Of a DNA stretch of 64,000 nucleotides, positions 17,557-28,651 are shown in pieces (position 1 is the stretch's first letter; each line of letters begins with the position of its first letter). Position numbers and translations under genes: made by a program. Origin of the DNA: Guillardia theta CCMP2712 (lineage: Eukaryota; Protista; Cryptophyta); contig NW_005434629.1 in the NCBI RefSeq assembly GCF_000315625.1, positions 62,001 to 126,000 on the forward strand. The letters run 5' to 3'. The notes below the pieces were generated by a model that was not told the DNA's origin, searched no databases, and saw only the letters and a list, made by a program, of their open reading frames with translations.

Positions 17557-18201
17557 TCACGGGTTCATCACAAAAAGTCCTATACGGTCTGGACATACCA
17601 TCCAGCCATCTCGGTACATCGCATCATTCGATTCCTGTTGTGATGTACTCATATGCTCCGGAGACTGATCACCGGAAGATGCTGACTGAAGGAACCCGGA
17701 TGAATCAGTTTCAAGCGCCATATTGCACGGAAAATCTTCGTGAGGTATTTCTCCATGTATTGCATCCATAAAATTGTCCGAATCATCGCTCTCGAATAAA
17801 ACCTGTGAACATGCCTCATGTGGTTCTTCAGGTGTCCCAGCTTCTCCAAAACTTCCACCCCGTTTCATCCTGTCTGAGCTTTCAAGTCGTCTGCATGCAC
17901 AACTCTGTAACATTCTTCCCTTACCCGCCACTGCGAGTTTACACATATCACAGAGTTTCCTTCGTCTTGAATACTCATTCTTCTCCTCCTCCGTCCATAG
18001 CGTGTGCGTCGCATGCACCCACGTCCGCTTGTTCCAGATGTCCCTCACTGCCTTGGCTGTTATCCCGTACTGAGCTGCGAGCGCATTGCTTGATTGGGTC
18101 GGGGCCCACTTGTCCAAGGGGCCTGCCTCGGCCTTGTTGGTCTGAGAGAATCGGAATATCTCTTGAGCGACGGGGATGGTGATAGATGCACGGCCAACCA
18201 T
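17557..18201 (-). CDS. Intronless HTH DNA-binding protein, copy B
   Basis: First 77 aa identical to copy A; CDMC...CAC; C-terminal RDGWMVCPDRI. Alternative ATG at 18213. Confidence 0.8.
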   Translation of the reverse strand: MVGRASITIPVAQEIFRFSQTNKAEAGPLDKWAPTQSSNALAAQYGITAKAVRDIWNKRTWVHATHTLWTEEEKNEYSRRRKLCDMCKLAVAGKGRMLQSCACRRLESSDRMKRGGSFGEAGTPEEPHEACSQVLFESDDSDNFMDAIHGEIPHEDFPCNMALETDSSGFLQSASSGDQSPEHMSTSQQESNDAMYRDGWMVCPDRIGLFVMNP

Positions 18202-20722
18202 TTGTGCATGCAAGGCTTTACAGGTTGTTCAATGCAGTACTTCCTGGACTTTGGCTGTTCAATAGAACAATGTATTGTCACCGGTCACGGCTTTGATGTT
18301 TTGAATACAGAAGTCAGGAAGAAGTTCAGTGCTAGCACGAACCTCTTTCAACAGGGATGGCGGCGTCAAGCCTATTGTGAAAAGCTTGTCCTTGTTTGTT
18401 TATCAACAACGGGGTCCTGAAATTTGATCCTCCGCCTCCATCCGCAATTTACCTGCATCCCCTCAGTCTCCTTGTCGGATGCTATTCCCTCGTGCCGCCA
18501 CCACCCTTTGTTTTTCCTATATTTCGCCCTGAAGGTGGGGTTCCTTGAAAAAAAAATTGATTGATGATTTAACGAAGATTCTCGAAAAGCACGGATACCA
18601 CGTGACTTTCAGTCACGGATACAGCTGTTGATTGTAAAACACACCCCTTCGTTCTTGTGTCCCAGCGACTTCTTGAAGGGATGAGTACAACTTGATCTTT
18701 CTCGAGATTTGCCTGCAATTGGAGGGGTGTGGCTTAAAAGGTTGTCACGGCAGATCCACCTGGCTGCTGACTACCACCCTTGTGACCTTACAGGAGCCAG
18801 TGTGGAAACACACTGTTTCGTCAATCGCTCCGAGGGGCATAAAAACGAAAGGGAAAAAAAAGTAGACGCGTCCAAGTTCGAAGACAGCGAGCAACTGCCA
18901 TTATTTCACTCTAGCCCTTGTTCGCTCCTGTCCCTTTCTGTCAACATTAACATGTTCGGGTAGAGCATGTTTACTTCTTGTTTGTTGTCTCCATCATGCG
19001 ACCATGCATCACACCAGCTGATAGATGATCTTGTTATGTTCAACATTTTGACGAGTGAACAGAGTGAGAATGACACTGTGAACGTAAGACGTTCTCATTG
19101 AACGCTTCGATGTGAGGTAAAAAACAATACAACACCGCTACTATGACTACCCAGAGAATTTGAATAAGACATCAGATGCATTGGAGGTTTCCAAAGAGAA
19201 ATTCAGGTGTAAGACACTTTCTGACAAATGAACTTGCATCGCTGTTATATTCAAAGGCCGATCTAGCAAGTTTAACAGGAAACTGTTGTATGCACAACAC
19301 AGAGATCAAGAACACGACGAGCAGAGAAGGACGAGAGAAGACAGAGTCTCAGAGATAGAAGTCTCTAAGTTTACTTGAGGTAAACTACGCACCACGCTTG
19401 CTGCGAACGCAAGGGGAGGCAGGAGGAGGAGCGTCGCTGGTGACGCGGCGCTCTAAAAAAAGAGTATCCGGAAACGTATCCCTGACTCCGGATCCTCATG
19501 GATACAACAGAAACCAAGAGATGAGAACAAAACAATCACATTGTTGAGCATTCTCCTCCAGCATTGGGAGATCACCATAGCAAGTCCTCTTTCTGGAATG
19601 GCAAGCCGCGCAGTCCGACGCTTCTAACACGAATTGGTGTAGGAAACATCTTGGATTCCTTGGCTATCCCGACTGAACTTGTGTTTCTAGCAAACAAAAA
19701 GACTATGTCGATGATTTCTAACTGCGTATTTCTTAATCAATCTTACGTTGGGTTGAGCGCTTCGTGAAATTCGAAATCTCTATTTTTGATTCTTGCTCTT
19801 GTACACCGGGTAGCAGACCCGTTTATCGAGAGCATACGAATAAACCAAACTTCACTTCCAAAATACCCATTAGCTTAAATCAAATATTTGTGGGCATAGA
19901 TGGCGTCTAGGGAGCACAAACAACCACACACACATTATACAGGTATAACACATTGAAAGAACAAAACGCGTGCACGCCGCATCTCGAGAGTGACCAGACC
20001 AGCTACATGCATCAGGAGCACTGTGCACACTGAAACTTGAAAACTGTTGTGTTAAGTATCTAGGTTGCGCACTGAAACTTGCAGGCTGAGGCCCATGTAA
20101 ACTGGCAGTTCAACGGTCCACAAAGAGAGAACGAAAAATTCAAAATCTGCCTGAACGGATCGGACAAGCTTGACACGCGCCAGTGGCCAGCGGCTGCCGC
20201 GCCGGGGGTGAAAGATGATTGGAAAAGAGGCTTGGTGAAGCCTGAGAGAACTTCGGAAAGGGCTTGGATCCTGTTTCGGGAGACTTTGTATTGTTGTTGA
20301 TACCAGGCAACATGTAATCCTCGGAATTCTGAGTCAAGGCTTCTTGGTGATGATCAGACTTTTTTGACTGTATAATAAACAGACGCTTGCTTACTTCATA
20401 CTCGATCCATCTGAGATCCGACGATCATCATCTGCATTTATCTTTCTGGAGTCGTGAGAAACTTCTTCACAGAGTCAACGAGTCAATTGTTTGCTATTTT
20501 TCCAATGACGATGATTGCTATTCCATCCGGGTTGCAACTTGTATACAAAGGTTGAACATGCCGTGAAAGTTACTCCGACAAAGCCAAAGGCTTGACCCTG
20601 ACGTGACTGTCCGAGCCGCACAGGCCTAACCATTGAACGGCGACTGTCAGTGTAGTACCCGGGCCGGGACAAGTTGTGACTCAGTGTGGCGGCCCCGGAA
20701 ACAAACTTTTAGTTAAAATACG

Positions 20723-20767
20723 GGAGTAGGAGCAGGAGCAGGAGCAAGAGCCAAAGTTAAGTTTCAG

Positions 20768-20832
<65 letters not shown>

Positions 20833-20835
20833 CAT

Positions 20836-20906
<71 letters not shown>
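20723..20906 (+). repeat. Interrupted (GAGCAG)n array upstream of a Zn2Cys6 gene
   Basis: Directly visible tandem hexamers. Confidence 0.9.
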
Positions 20907-20907
<1 letters not shown>

Positions 20908-21111
20908 TGAATACGCCCTGATATGAGGGTTTCAGCAGGAGGAGGAGTGGAAAGCGCATTATCAGTTTGTGTTTTATCATTAGGGGGCACGTTGGAAGGG
21001 TTTGTAAAGGTGGATAGAGGCAAAAGTTGTAGATATGACTACATTGTAAATATGAGTTAGTACGGACTTGCATCCATTTCAATATTGAGATTCTGACAAC
21101 GAAGCAGACGG

Positions 21112-22911
21112 ATGGGCGATGAATCTTGGTTCAGAGCTCGCGAAGAAATCCTTCGGCAGAAGAACTTGCGCGATATCTCACTTTTTTCGGTAACTTGCCC
21201 AGCTCAAGACCATAGTGGCAAATCGGTTTTTATACCATGCCAAGCTTTAGCACCAGCATTAGAAACATCCTTTCGGTCGTCCAAAACAGCAGAAGGATAT
21301 TATCGCGGCAACGAAACGGCAGAGCGCTGGATGCCACTGGAAGATGCTTGCTTAAATATAGAACCCTGGCCAAGAGTTGAAGGTTATGATTATGATACCT
21401 GCCGGCTTGGGCAATCGTATCAAACAAGTATTTTACCCCAACCTTCCTGGCACGGAACTGGAAACAACGAAGCTTTCCACGGATTTCCTCCCACTGCACA
21501 TGATGGAGTCAGCACGGTCAACTCACTATCGCAGGATCTTTCTGATGATCAGTCTGGGATCTATGATCTTTCGGAATCAGATAAGAGCTATCGCTCGGTT
21601 CCCATGTCAACAGTTGACGAATTGGAGAGCTCCAGTCATTCTGATTTGAGCGATTTGATGCTCGGAGATTCTGGCAACACTGAAACCATCGTGGATCAGA
21701 TTAACAAAGATGGTGAGGCTCATAACGATGATCAGGACCAGGCTCTCCCCTCGTTTCTTTCTCCTGAGAACAATTCCTTGCGCATAGTGTTCCGTGTCGA
21801 CAAACAAGCCAAGCCGTGCTCGTTTTGTAAACAGAGAAAGTTGAAGTGCAGTCGGGTTAGACCGTGCGGGAGCTGCTCGACGAGGAAGAGGGGGGAACTT
21901 TGCGATGCGTCAATAAGTCTGATCGAAAAAGCTGATATGGCAAGCATCGTTGAACGACCTATTCAGTTTCGCAGAATTCTCGAATTTGCTGACAGCAACG
22001 GCTTTGCCACGACAATGTTGGCAGCCAAGAGTATTGGTGTGAACCACATGCTTGTTCGGAGGCTCTGGGAGAATGGGCTTGACACGAATCACATCATGAG
22101 TATGCTGGTCAGAATGCCTCCCAACGTGAAGCAAGCTATCAACAATGGATGCGATATGATGAGCAACGCATACCTGAAGCTGCTTGCTAAGACGAAGGGA
22201 AAGATTGCTGCTCCATGCCCACAATCGACCATGCATGGCCGAAGTTCCCTCATCTTCGAGGACGCGGAGGAGGAGGTCTTGCACGTTCAGCAGTTGATAG
22301 GGCACGGCTGCTGGCTAATGGTAAGCTTTGACCCTGAAACCGGGCAAAGGACCCGGTGCTCCGTGGGGCCTGACTATTCAGATTCCATGTTGGGGATACA
22401 CAGCGAGGAATTCATGTCCAGATTCGCACTCAACGATCTCTGCATCCCCATGACGGAGATTGACGCCTTCTGTATAGTGATTCACAACATGTTGACCGCT
22501 TTGGAGGAGACCAACTGCATCTACATCCGATGTGACCGAAAGGTAGGGGCAACGCACACCCCCTTCATCAGAAAGCATTCGATGATCCGAGAGGACGACC
22601 GGTGGGGGAGGAACATCCGCCTTATCTTCTCCTACGAGGTTGAGACCCCACAGTCCTTCGACTTCATGCTCGAGCATCTGCCCGAGAAGGTGCGGCCTTT
22701 TTCCAGCTTCCTGGGGGACTCGAGGAAGTTTGCTGAGATTGAGGAACGTCACAAAAGCGACATGCAGTTCCGTGGGAAGATCGTCCACTGGAACAAGTCG
22801 AGCAAAAATAGAAAGCGGCTGCAGGAGTTTGGGGAGCACATCAGATCACTGTTCGAGAAGGCAACAAGCAAGATCAACAAAGTACACGACAGCATTCATG
22901 AAAAGATTTGA
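21112..22911 (+). CDS. Zn(II)2Cys6 binuclear-cluster transcription factor, intronless (599 aa)
   Basis: PCSFCKQRKLKCSRVRPCGSCSTRKRGELC fits C-x2-C-x6-C-x5-C-x2-C-x8-C; acidic Ser-rich N-terminal region; long uninterrupted ORF. Confidence 0.9.
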   Translation: MGDESWFRAREEILRQKNLRDISLFSVTCPAQDHSGKSVFIPCQALAPALETSFRSSKTAEGYYRGNETAERWMPLEDACLNIEPWPRVEGYDYDTCRLGQSYQTSILPQPSWHGTGNNEAFHGFPPTAHDGVSTVNSLSQDLSDDQSGIYDLSESDKSYRSVPMSTVDELESSSHSDLSDLMLGDSGNTETIVDQINKDGEAHNDDQDQALPSFLSPENNSLRIVFRVDKQAKPCSFCKQRKLKCSRVRPCGSCSTRKRGELCDASISLIEKADMASIVERPIQFRRILEFADSNGFATTMLAAKSIGVNHMLVRRLWENGLDTNHIMSMLVRMPPNVKQAINNGCDMMSNAYLKLLAKTKGKIAAPCPQSTMHGRSSLIFEDAEEEVLHVQQLIGHGCWLMVSFDPETGQRTRCSVGPDYSDSMLGIHSEEFMSRFALNDLCIPMTEIDAFCIVIHNMLTALEETNCIYIRCDRKVGATHTPFIRKHSMIREDDRWGRNIRLIFSYEVETPQSFDFMLEHLPEKVRPFSSFLGDSRKFAEIEERHKSDMQFRGKIVHWNKSSKNRKRLQEFGEHIRSLFEKATSKINKVHDSIHEKI

Positions 22912-22919
22912 CACTTTAC

Positions 22920-23640
22920 GGTCAACTCAGCCTCAGCACTGGCTGAGTGTTCAATCACTGTCACCCGAGTCACGAGGATCGAACTTGAAGCAGTCTCACT
23001 CACCCGAAACTTGATTGAAAGCTCACCCGTTTCCCGGGCCGCCGGGCCCGTGACACCCGGTGACCGCTGAGCCGGGCCGGGCCGGACTCTCCGGGATGCC
23101 GCAGATTCCGGCGGGTCCGGCCCCGGTGACTGTGACTGTGCCGGTGTGATGAGGCGGCGGCCGGGCCGGCTAGGCTTGGCCCGCCGGGCCGGCTGAGAGG
23201 GCCCGGCCGCCGCGAGGAGCCTCCGGGGGAGTCCTGGTCACGCCACCGTGTGTCGGTGACCAGCAAAGCGGCCGGTCACCCATCTGAGTGACTGATGATA
23301 AACGGGGCCGGGGTAGGTTGAATAAAAAGTTGATGCGTCAGTTGCCGTCACTCGGAGTCAGTCACGGTGACAGCCACCGAGGCTCGCCGCCATTGAACAG
23401 AGTCCGGTTGCCCGGCAGTGCGGCCCGGGCGACCTGGGACCGTGACTCGGAACTTCGGAAGCCGAGCGACGGTGCCGGGCCCGCCCCCCTGCAAGGCTGG
23501 CCGAGCCGCTGCCCCGGCCCAGTGCAGTCACCCGGCCGCCGGCCGGGCCGGGCACTGACAGTGCCGCGACTCCGGCCGCGACTGCGGCACTGGCGGCACT
23601 CCGGGAGAGATGTCAGAGGCGGGCTCGGACCTGAGCCCGA
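22920..23640. repeat. GC-rich low-complexity intergenic island (CCGG/GGCC/GTCAC/GAGTC words)
   Basis: Dense recurrence of a few short words; similar islands elsewhere in the window. Confidence 0.7.
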
Positions 23641-23691
23641 AATATCACCACTGGCTGAATGGGGGAGTGGAAGGGAGGGAGGAGGGAGGAG

Positions 23692-26600
23692 ATGAAAGAG
23701 CAGAAGCAAGCAAGAGATGATTTAAGTTCCATCAGAGGAGAAGAGATCTCTACTGAAAAGATGGAATGGATTGAAAAATGTGAGATCGGCAGGCAACATC
23801 CGATTTTTCTTTGATTCGGGCAAGTTGCCGACGTCAAATGGAGGCGGAATAGAGCTCGAGAGAGATTATAGGGATCTTGATGCATCTCGAGACAGACAAA
23901 GAAATAATCATGTGTTACAACATCGCTTATCTTTCTGACCTTTCTCTTTTGACAAGCATTTCCAGGTGGTTGCGTGATAGTATGTTCTCCTTGATTACAC
24001 AGCTGCATCAACTCCCGCAGTTGTTGGGGTATGAGACCATTACCCAAGGCAGGGCCGAACTTACACTGCTCTACAGAATGGGGCCTCCTGTCATGAAGGA
24101 TTGGGATGACTTGGAAGAGCCGGGAACCGGAGCAGGGTAACGTTGCCCTCTGCACATCACGGTCTCGTCTGATGTCGGGTATGCGCAGGAACTGGTACTA
24201 TCCTGTACTGGACAGCGAGGGGTCGACAGTCTGCTATGAGTACATGAGTATCAAGCTGCAGAATCCTGAGATGCAGCAGTGGGGCTGTCGGGGAGAGTTT
24301 CCTGGAAGCGAGTTCCGCAGAGTCAGCCCCACACCATCAGGTGAGAAGGGAGGAGGAGGGCGAACGTGGAGGAGGAGGAGGGTAGAGGGGAGGGTGGGAA
24401 AATTGAGAGGGCACAACAAGGAACGATTGAAAGGAAGGGGGGCATCGTGGTGCACGGAAGATTGGTACAGCTGTAGAGGAGGAGTGGCGATTGAGCCAAA
24501 GGGGAGCGGAGAGCGGAGGAGAAGAGTGTGTGGTAGGTTGAATTTGAAAGGGGGTGGTGCGATCTTTGCTAGTTCGGATCGGTTCCTGAGAAGACCTGTC
24601 TTTGCTTGACTAGTCTGCAGGACGATCAGTCTGCGGGTCGAGAACCTGGGACTCGTCAACCCTTCAGCATGGATGTCAGGAGACGGTGTACTGGATGCCT
24701 TCGGCACATCCTCGGAGCATGTGAGGTCCTGGTTTTGCTCATAGAGGGGAGATGCCGAAGTTTTTGTGTGATGGTAGTAATCTTTCTGCTGTGTAAAGTA
24801 AACGATATTTCGCCGCTTCTTGTGAAGGAGCCGGATAGTTTTCTTGGTTGAGGGAAGTTGATGTTCTATCTCATCTGAGTTGCTCGCAGTCCAGCCGTCG
24901 ATAGTTGGTCACATGACTTGCAAGGTGCACAAGAGATTAGTGAGGCTGAAGATTCAGCTGCATTCGATGAGAATGCTCGAGGGAGATGAAGTAGGATAGC
25001 AAGAGGTCAAAGACGTCGCTCGTGTTTGCGTGCTGCACGTTACATATCCAGCAGCAATCGAGCAGGGGAGGGTGACGGGGTCGACGAGAGTGAGGGAGGA
25101 GCGAAAGTTCAGAAGTCGGCAGGCAGACACGCGTAAGGTGACGAGAGCAGTTGCTTCATCAGACAAACGAAGGTCTCTGACCGATGAGGATCCCTGTATC
25201 AGCTGGACGAACAAGTCAGACGCCTGGGGTATTGGAGGGGACGTCCAACTTTCTTACCCGCTGCCACACACAGAACGCTCTTGTCTCGCTGGGACTTGTC
25301 GCAGATCACGGCTCCTACGTCGTTGACAGCCTGCGAATAACCTGCGGCACTGACATCAGCCCATGGCACTCATGAGGGGGGAAACAGACGATGGAAGGCG
25401 AGGGGGACGATGATCGAGCTGGAAGACAGCGAGAAGGACAAGACTGTTCCGTCCTGCCAGAGCAACCAAGATATCAGTAAGGAGTCCTTGCTGGTTGACA
25501 GAGCACATACAATCGAGCTGCTGACGAAGGTTCGAGCATCGTCGCCCATCACTTCACTTATGGCGCTCACACAGCCCTGGCTCACGAGTCTCAACGGGTC
25601 TGCCTCGGAACAAGACAAACTTCAAGACCTTGTGAAAACCGTCCTTGAAGTCTTCCGATGCATGGGCAGAGACAAACGACTTCTCGTTCCTGCTCCACAT
25701 GTTCAACAAAAACATCACATTCTTCAATCCTGTCTCTCGCGCCTTGCAGTATCCTGTCCTGTCTTGTCCTGCCTTCTCCTACCTCTATCGCTACATCATG
25801 CGCGAAGCATCACCTGATGTCATACACGAGTATCGGGCCCTCCTCACACCCTGCGATTACGTAGCTCCCGAAGGGTTGGATGGCCACAAGGCTGTCAAGT
25901 TGAGGTAAGTCGGCAGCACTTCTACTCCTCACCTCCTTCACTTGTGTCGCTGCGCGTTGTCGAACGTCTTGGGCTTCAAGTCTTTCGAGTTCGAGCTCCA
26001 CATCTTCAACCCTCCAGCAGAACCTGAGCAGAAGGCCTCAACACGGCAGAGGAGGGAGGTGGAGAGGTCACCGGCAGTGAAGAAGAAGTCTCCTTGGCTG
26101 TCAAACTTGAGATCGTTGATGGACACCCAATCAGCATTTTCAACCTGCGTTCAGGTGAGGTTAAGTGAAGAGTCTCGTCCTCCCTCTTCTTATGAGCACC
26201 ACAGCCATCATCTCCTTGGCCGAAAATCTCCACCTCCACCGCAATCTCAATCATCGTGGCCATCATCATCGCCGTCATCGTCGTCATCGTCGTCATCATC
26301 ATCGCCACCACCACCACCACCATCATCATATCACCACCACCATCAGTCAAACTATCTCTCCTTCCCATCGCTTCCAAATGCTTCTCCTCACCCTCATCGT
26401 TGCTTCTTCCAGTCCTCCGGAGCTATTTCTCTGCACCTCAAAAATATTTCCATCCTCTCCCGCAGACAAAACTCTCATGCCGCGCGATCTGTGACCAGAT
26501 ATCAGCACCTCTCATCCTATTGGTCCAACCACACCCTCCCCTTGCGTTCTTCCTCCTCTCCCCTCCCCTTCCTGTCCCCTCTTTTCCCTTTCCCGTCGCT

Positions 26601-27660
26601 TCCTCTTGCCATCCATCCTCCTCTTCCCCTTCTTCCAACAGACGCACTTGGGATCCAACGAGATCGCACTGCAGCTGCACGAGTGGAGCGGCGCTCCTGC
26701 TCCTTCCTTCGCGTATGCCTCCTCGCCATGAGAGACCTGTTGGTATCGGTCAAGGAAGGCAGGGAGCGAGGAAACAAGCAGCAGGAAGTGCTGGAAGGTC
26801 GAGAAGCATCAGGGGATGCAACAGGCAACATTGAAAGAGAAAAGGAGGATTACCCCCCAGAGCTCCAAACTCTCGTCCTCTCCTGAATCCATTCGCGCCT
26901 CGCTGAGTTGAGCATGCAGGGAGTAGACGCTTCCCTTCCTCGTCCCAACCCACAGAGGAACGCCAGTCTCGTAGCTGACATGCGGTATGCTCTCGATGCA
27001 GCTCACACTAGCGTTCAGACTGTAGTCTTCCTGAGAGTATCGCGCTGTGTCAATGCAGAAGAAGAAAGACAAGGGGGAGGTGGAGGAAGAATCTGGGAAA
27101 GAAGGACACAGAAAAATGGGGCAGCAATAGAAAGAGTGAAGGTGAGCGAAAGGAAGAGGGAAGGGGAAGGGGAAAGGAAAGACAGGGAGGAGAAAAGAGG
27201 AGAGAAGATCTACTTACCTGCTTCATCAACAGGTTCGCATGCCGAGTTTCTCCGAGCAGACCAGCATTCCAAACCTTAGGGAGGGAAACTATCAGGGAGT
27301 TTGATGTCATCAGGTAAAGTAGGAAGCATCAACAGTATGTGGGTATAGAATGAAGCGAATAGACATCAGGCGGGACTCGTGGTGTTGACAGTCTGTGTTC
27401 TCTGTCAAGAAGGCTTTTCGTCACTTACACGAATCTTGTTGATGGGCTCGTCGTGCGTCCCGGATATGACAATGTTGCCCCAGCTTCCATCCTGTCTGGC
27501 AGCTGAAAATCGACAGTGTCAGAGGGCAACGACACAAGTGCTTCTGTCCTGCACACCTCCAGAGAGAGTTGATATCTTCACGGCTGCATTGGACGAACAA
27601 ACCATGTCAGAAGCATTTCTCCAACAACTACAACTCTACACTCCTTGCAGTTTGAAATGA
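23692..27660 (+). CDS. Hypothetical multi-exon protein (boundaries approximate)
   Basis: Series of protein-like exons bounded by GT..AG, e.g. LHQLPQLLGYETITQGRAELTLLYRMG|NWYYPVLDSEG and ALTQPWLTSLNG. No family recognised. Confidence 0.4.
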
Positions 27661-28651
27661 TGGAGTCATTGTGTTTCCATAGTCCATAAAATATTTCAAG
27701 AGAGAACGATAAAGTTCTTTGTTGTCGATTTGTGCCGGACTTTATCCTATCCTACAGGATCCCAAGGCTTCCGAAGTTCGATGGGAATCGGATTTCACAA
27801 TCGATGTCTCATAACAAGACCAAAGATAAGGTGGCGTAGCTCATATCTGATCTACATTCCATTCATTCCTGAGTAAATATGTCTCCGTCGCGATCCTTGC
27901 CCTACCACTTCCTCCTCACTTCCCACTGCTCTCAACAAAGCAGCACTCAGTCCTTATATCTCCTCTCCTCATGCCTGTTGGCGTGAACGAGACTTCAACA
28001 CTCACTTGCTACACTCTCAAGAAAACTCGCATCTTCAGCCTCCTCCACCATCTCACCTGATGTTCGCACTCCCGCATGGTTGCCAAACGAGAAGTCGGCG
28101 AGCGGTGGAGGCGGCATGGCAGGACGGGATGAGAGGGGATGAGGGTACTCCTTTGGCAACATAGAGCTCCCCTCAGAGTTTTAAGAACCCTGGGGTCTGC
28201 AGAGGGGTGGGGTCAGTTACGCGTGTGGATGGTACAAAAGGATACGTTCAGGGTGGGGTAAAAGCAGGTCAAAAAGGGGGGTCATCGTTTTTCGAGGAGT
28301 TGGTGATTCTGGTAGTCAAAGGGGTGGGGTAGGAATGGCCCGGGCGGGCCTTCTATTGGCCACTCAAGAGGATGGATTGGGAAGGGCAACGGGGGCGGGA
28401 AGATAATATTGCCTAAAGGTGTGATATTTCTTAATTGACATAATAGGAAAAAATCCATATGATCTGACCTTTGTCTGACGTTACTCCTTTGTATTATTGC
28501 GCCGGGTACCCATCCTATACCCCAGAACCTTCTTGCATTCACCTCTAAGATTAGTAGAAGACCTAAGAAAAAGGCCAGCTTCACCCCCTCCCTCAAAATT
28601 AAAGGGGCACAGCCTCCGTCTACCCAGTCCTCTCTCGGCAGAAGCGTGACC

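Noticed and set aside
23000-23709. Arg/Gly/Pro-rich ORFs in GC islands (also 39883-41390, 52557-52958)
   Set aside because: Stop-poor only because of GC content; no domains.
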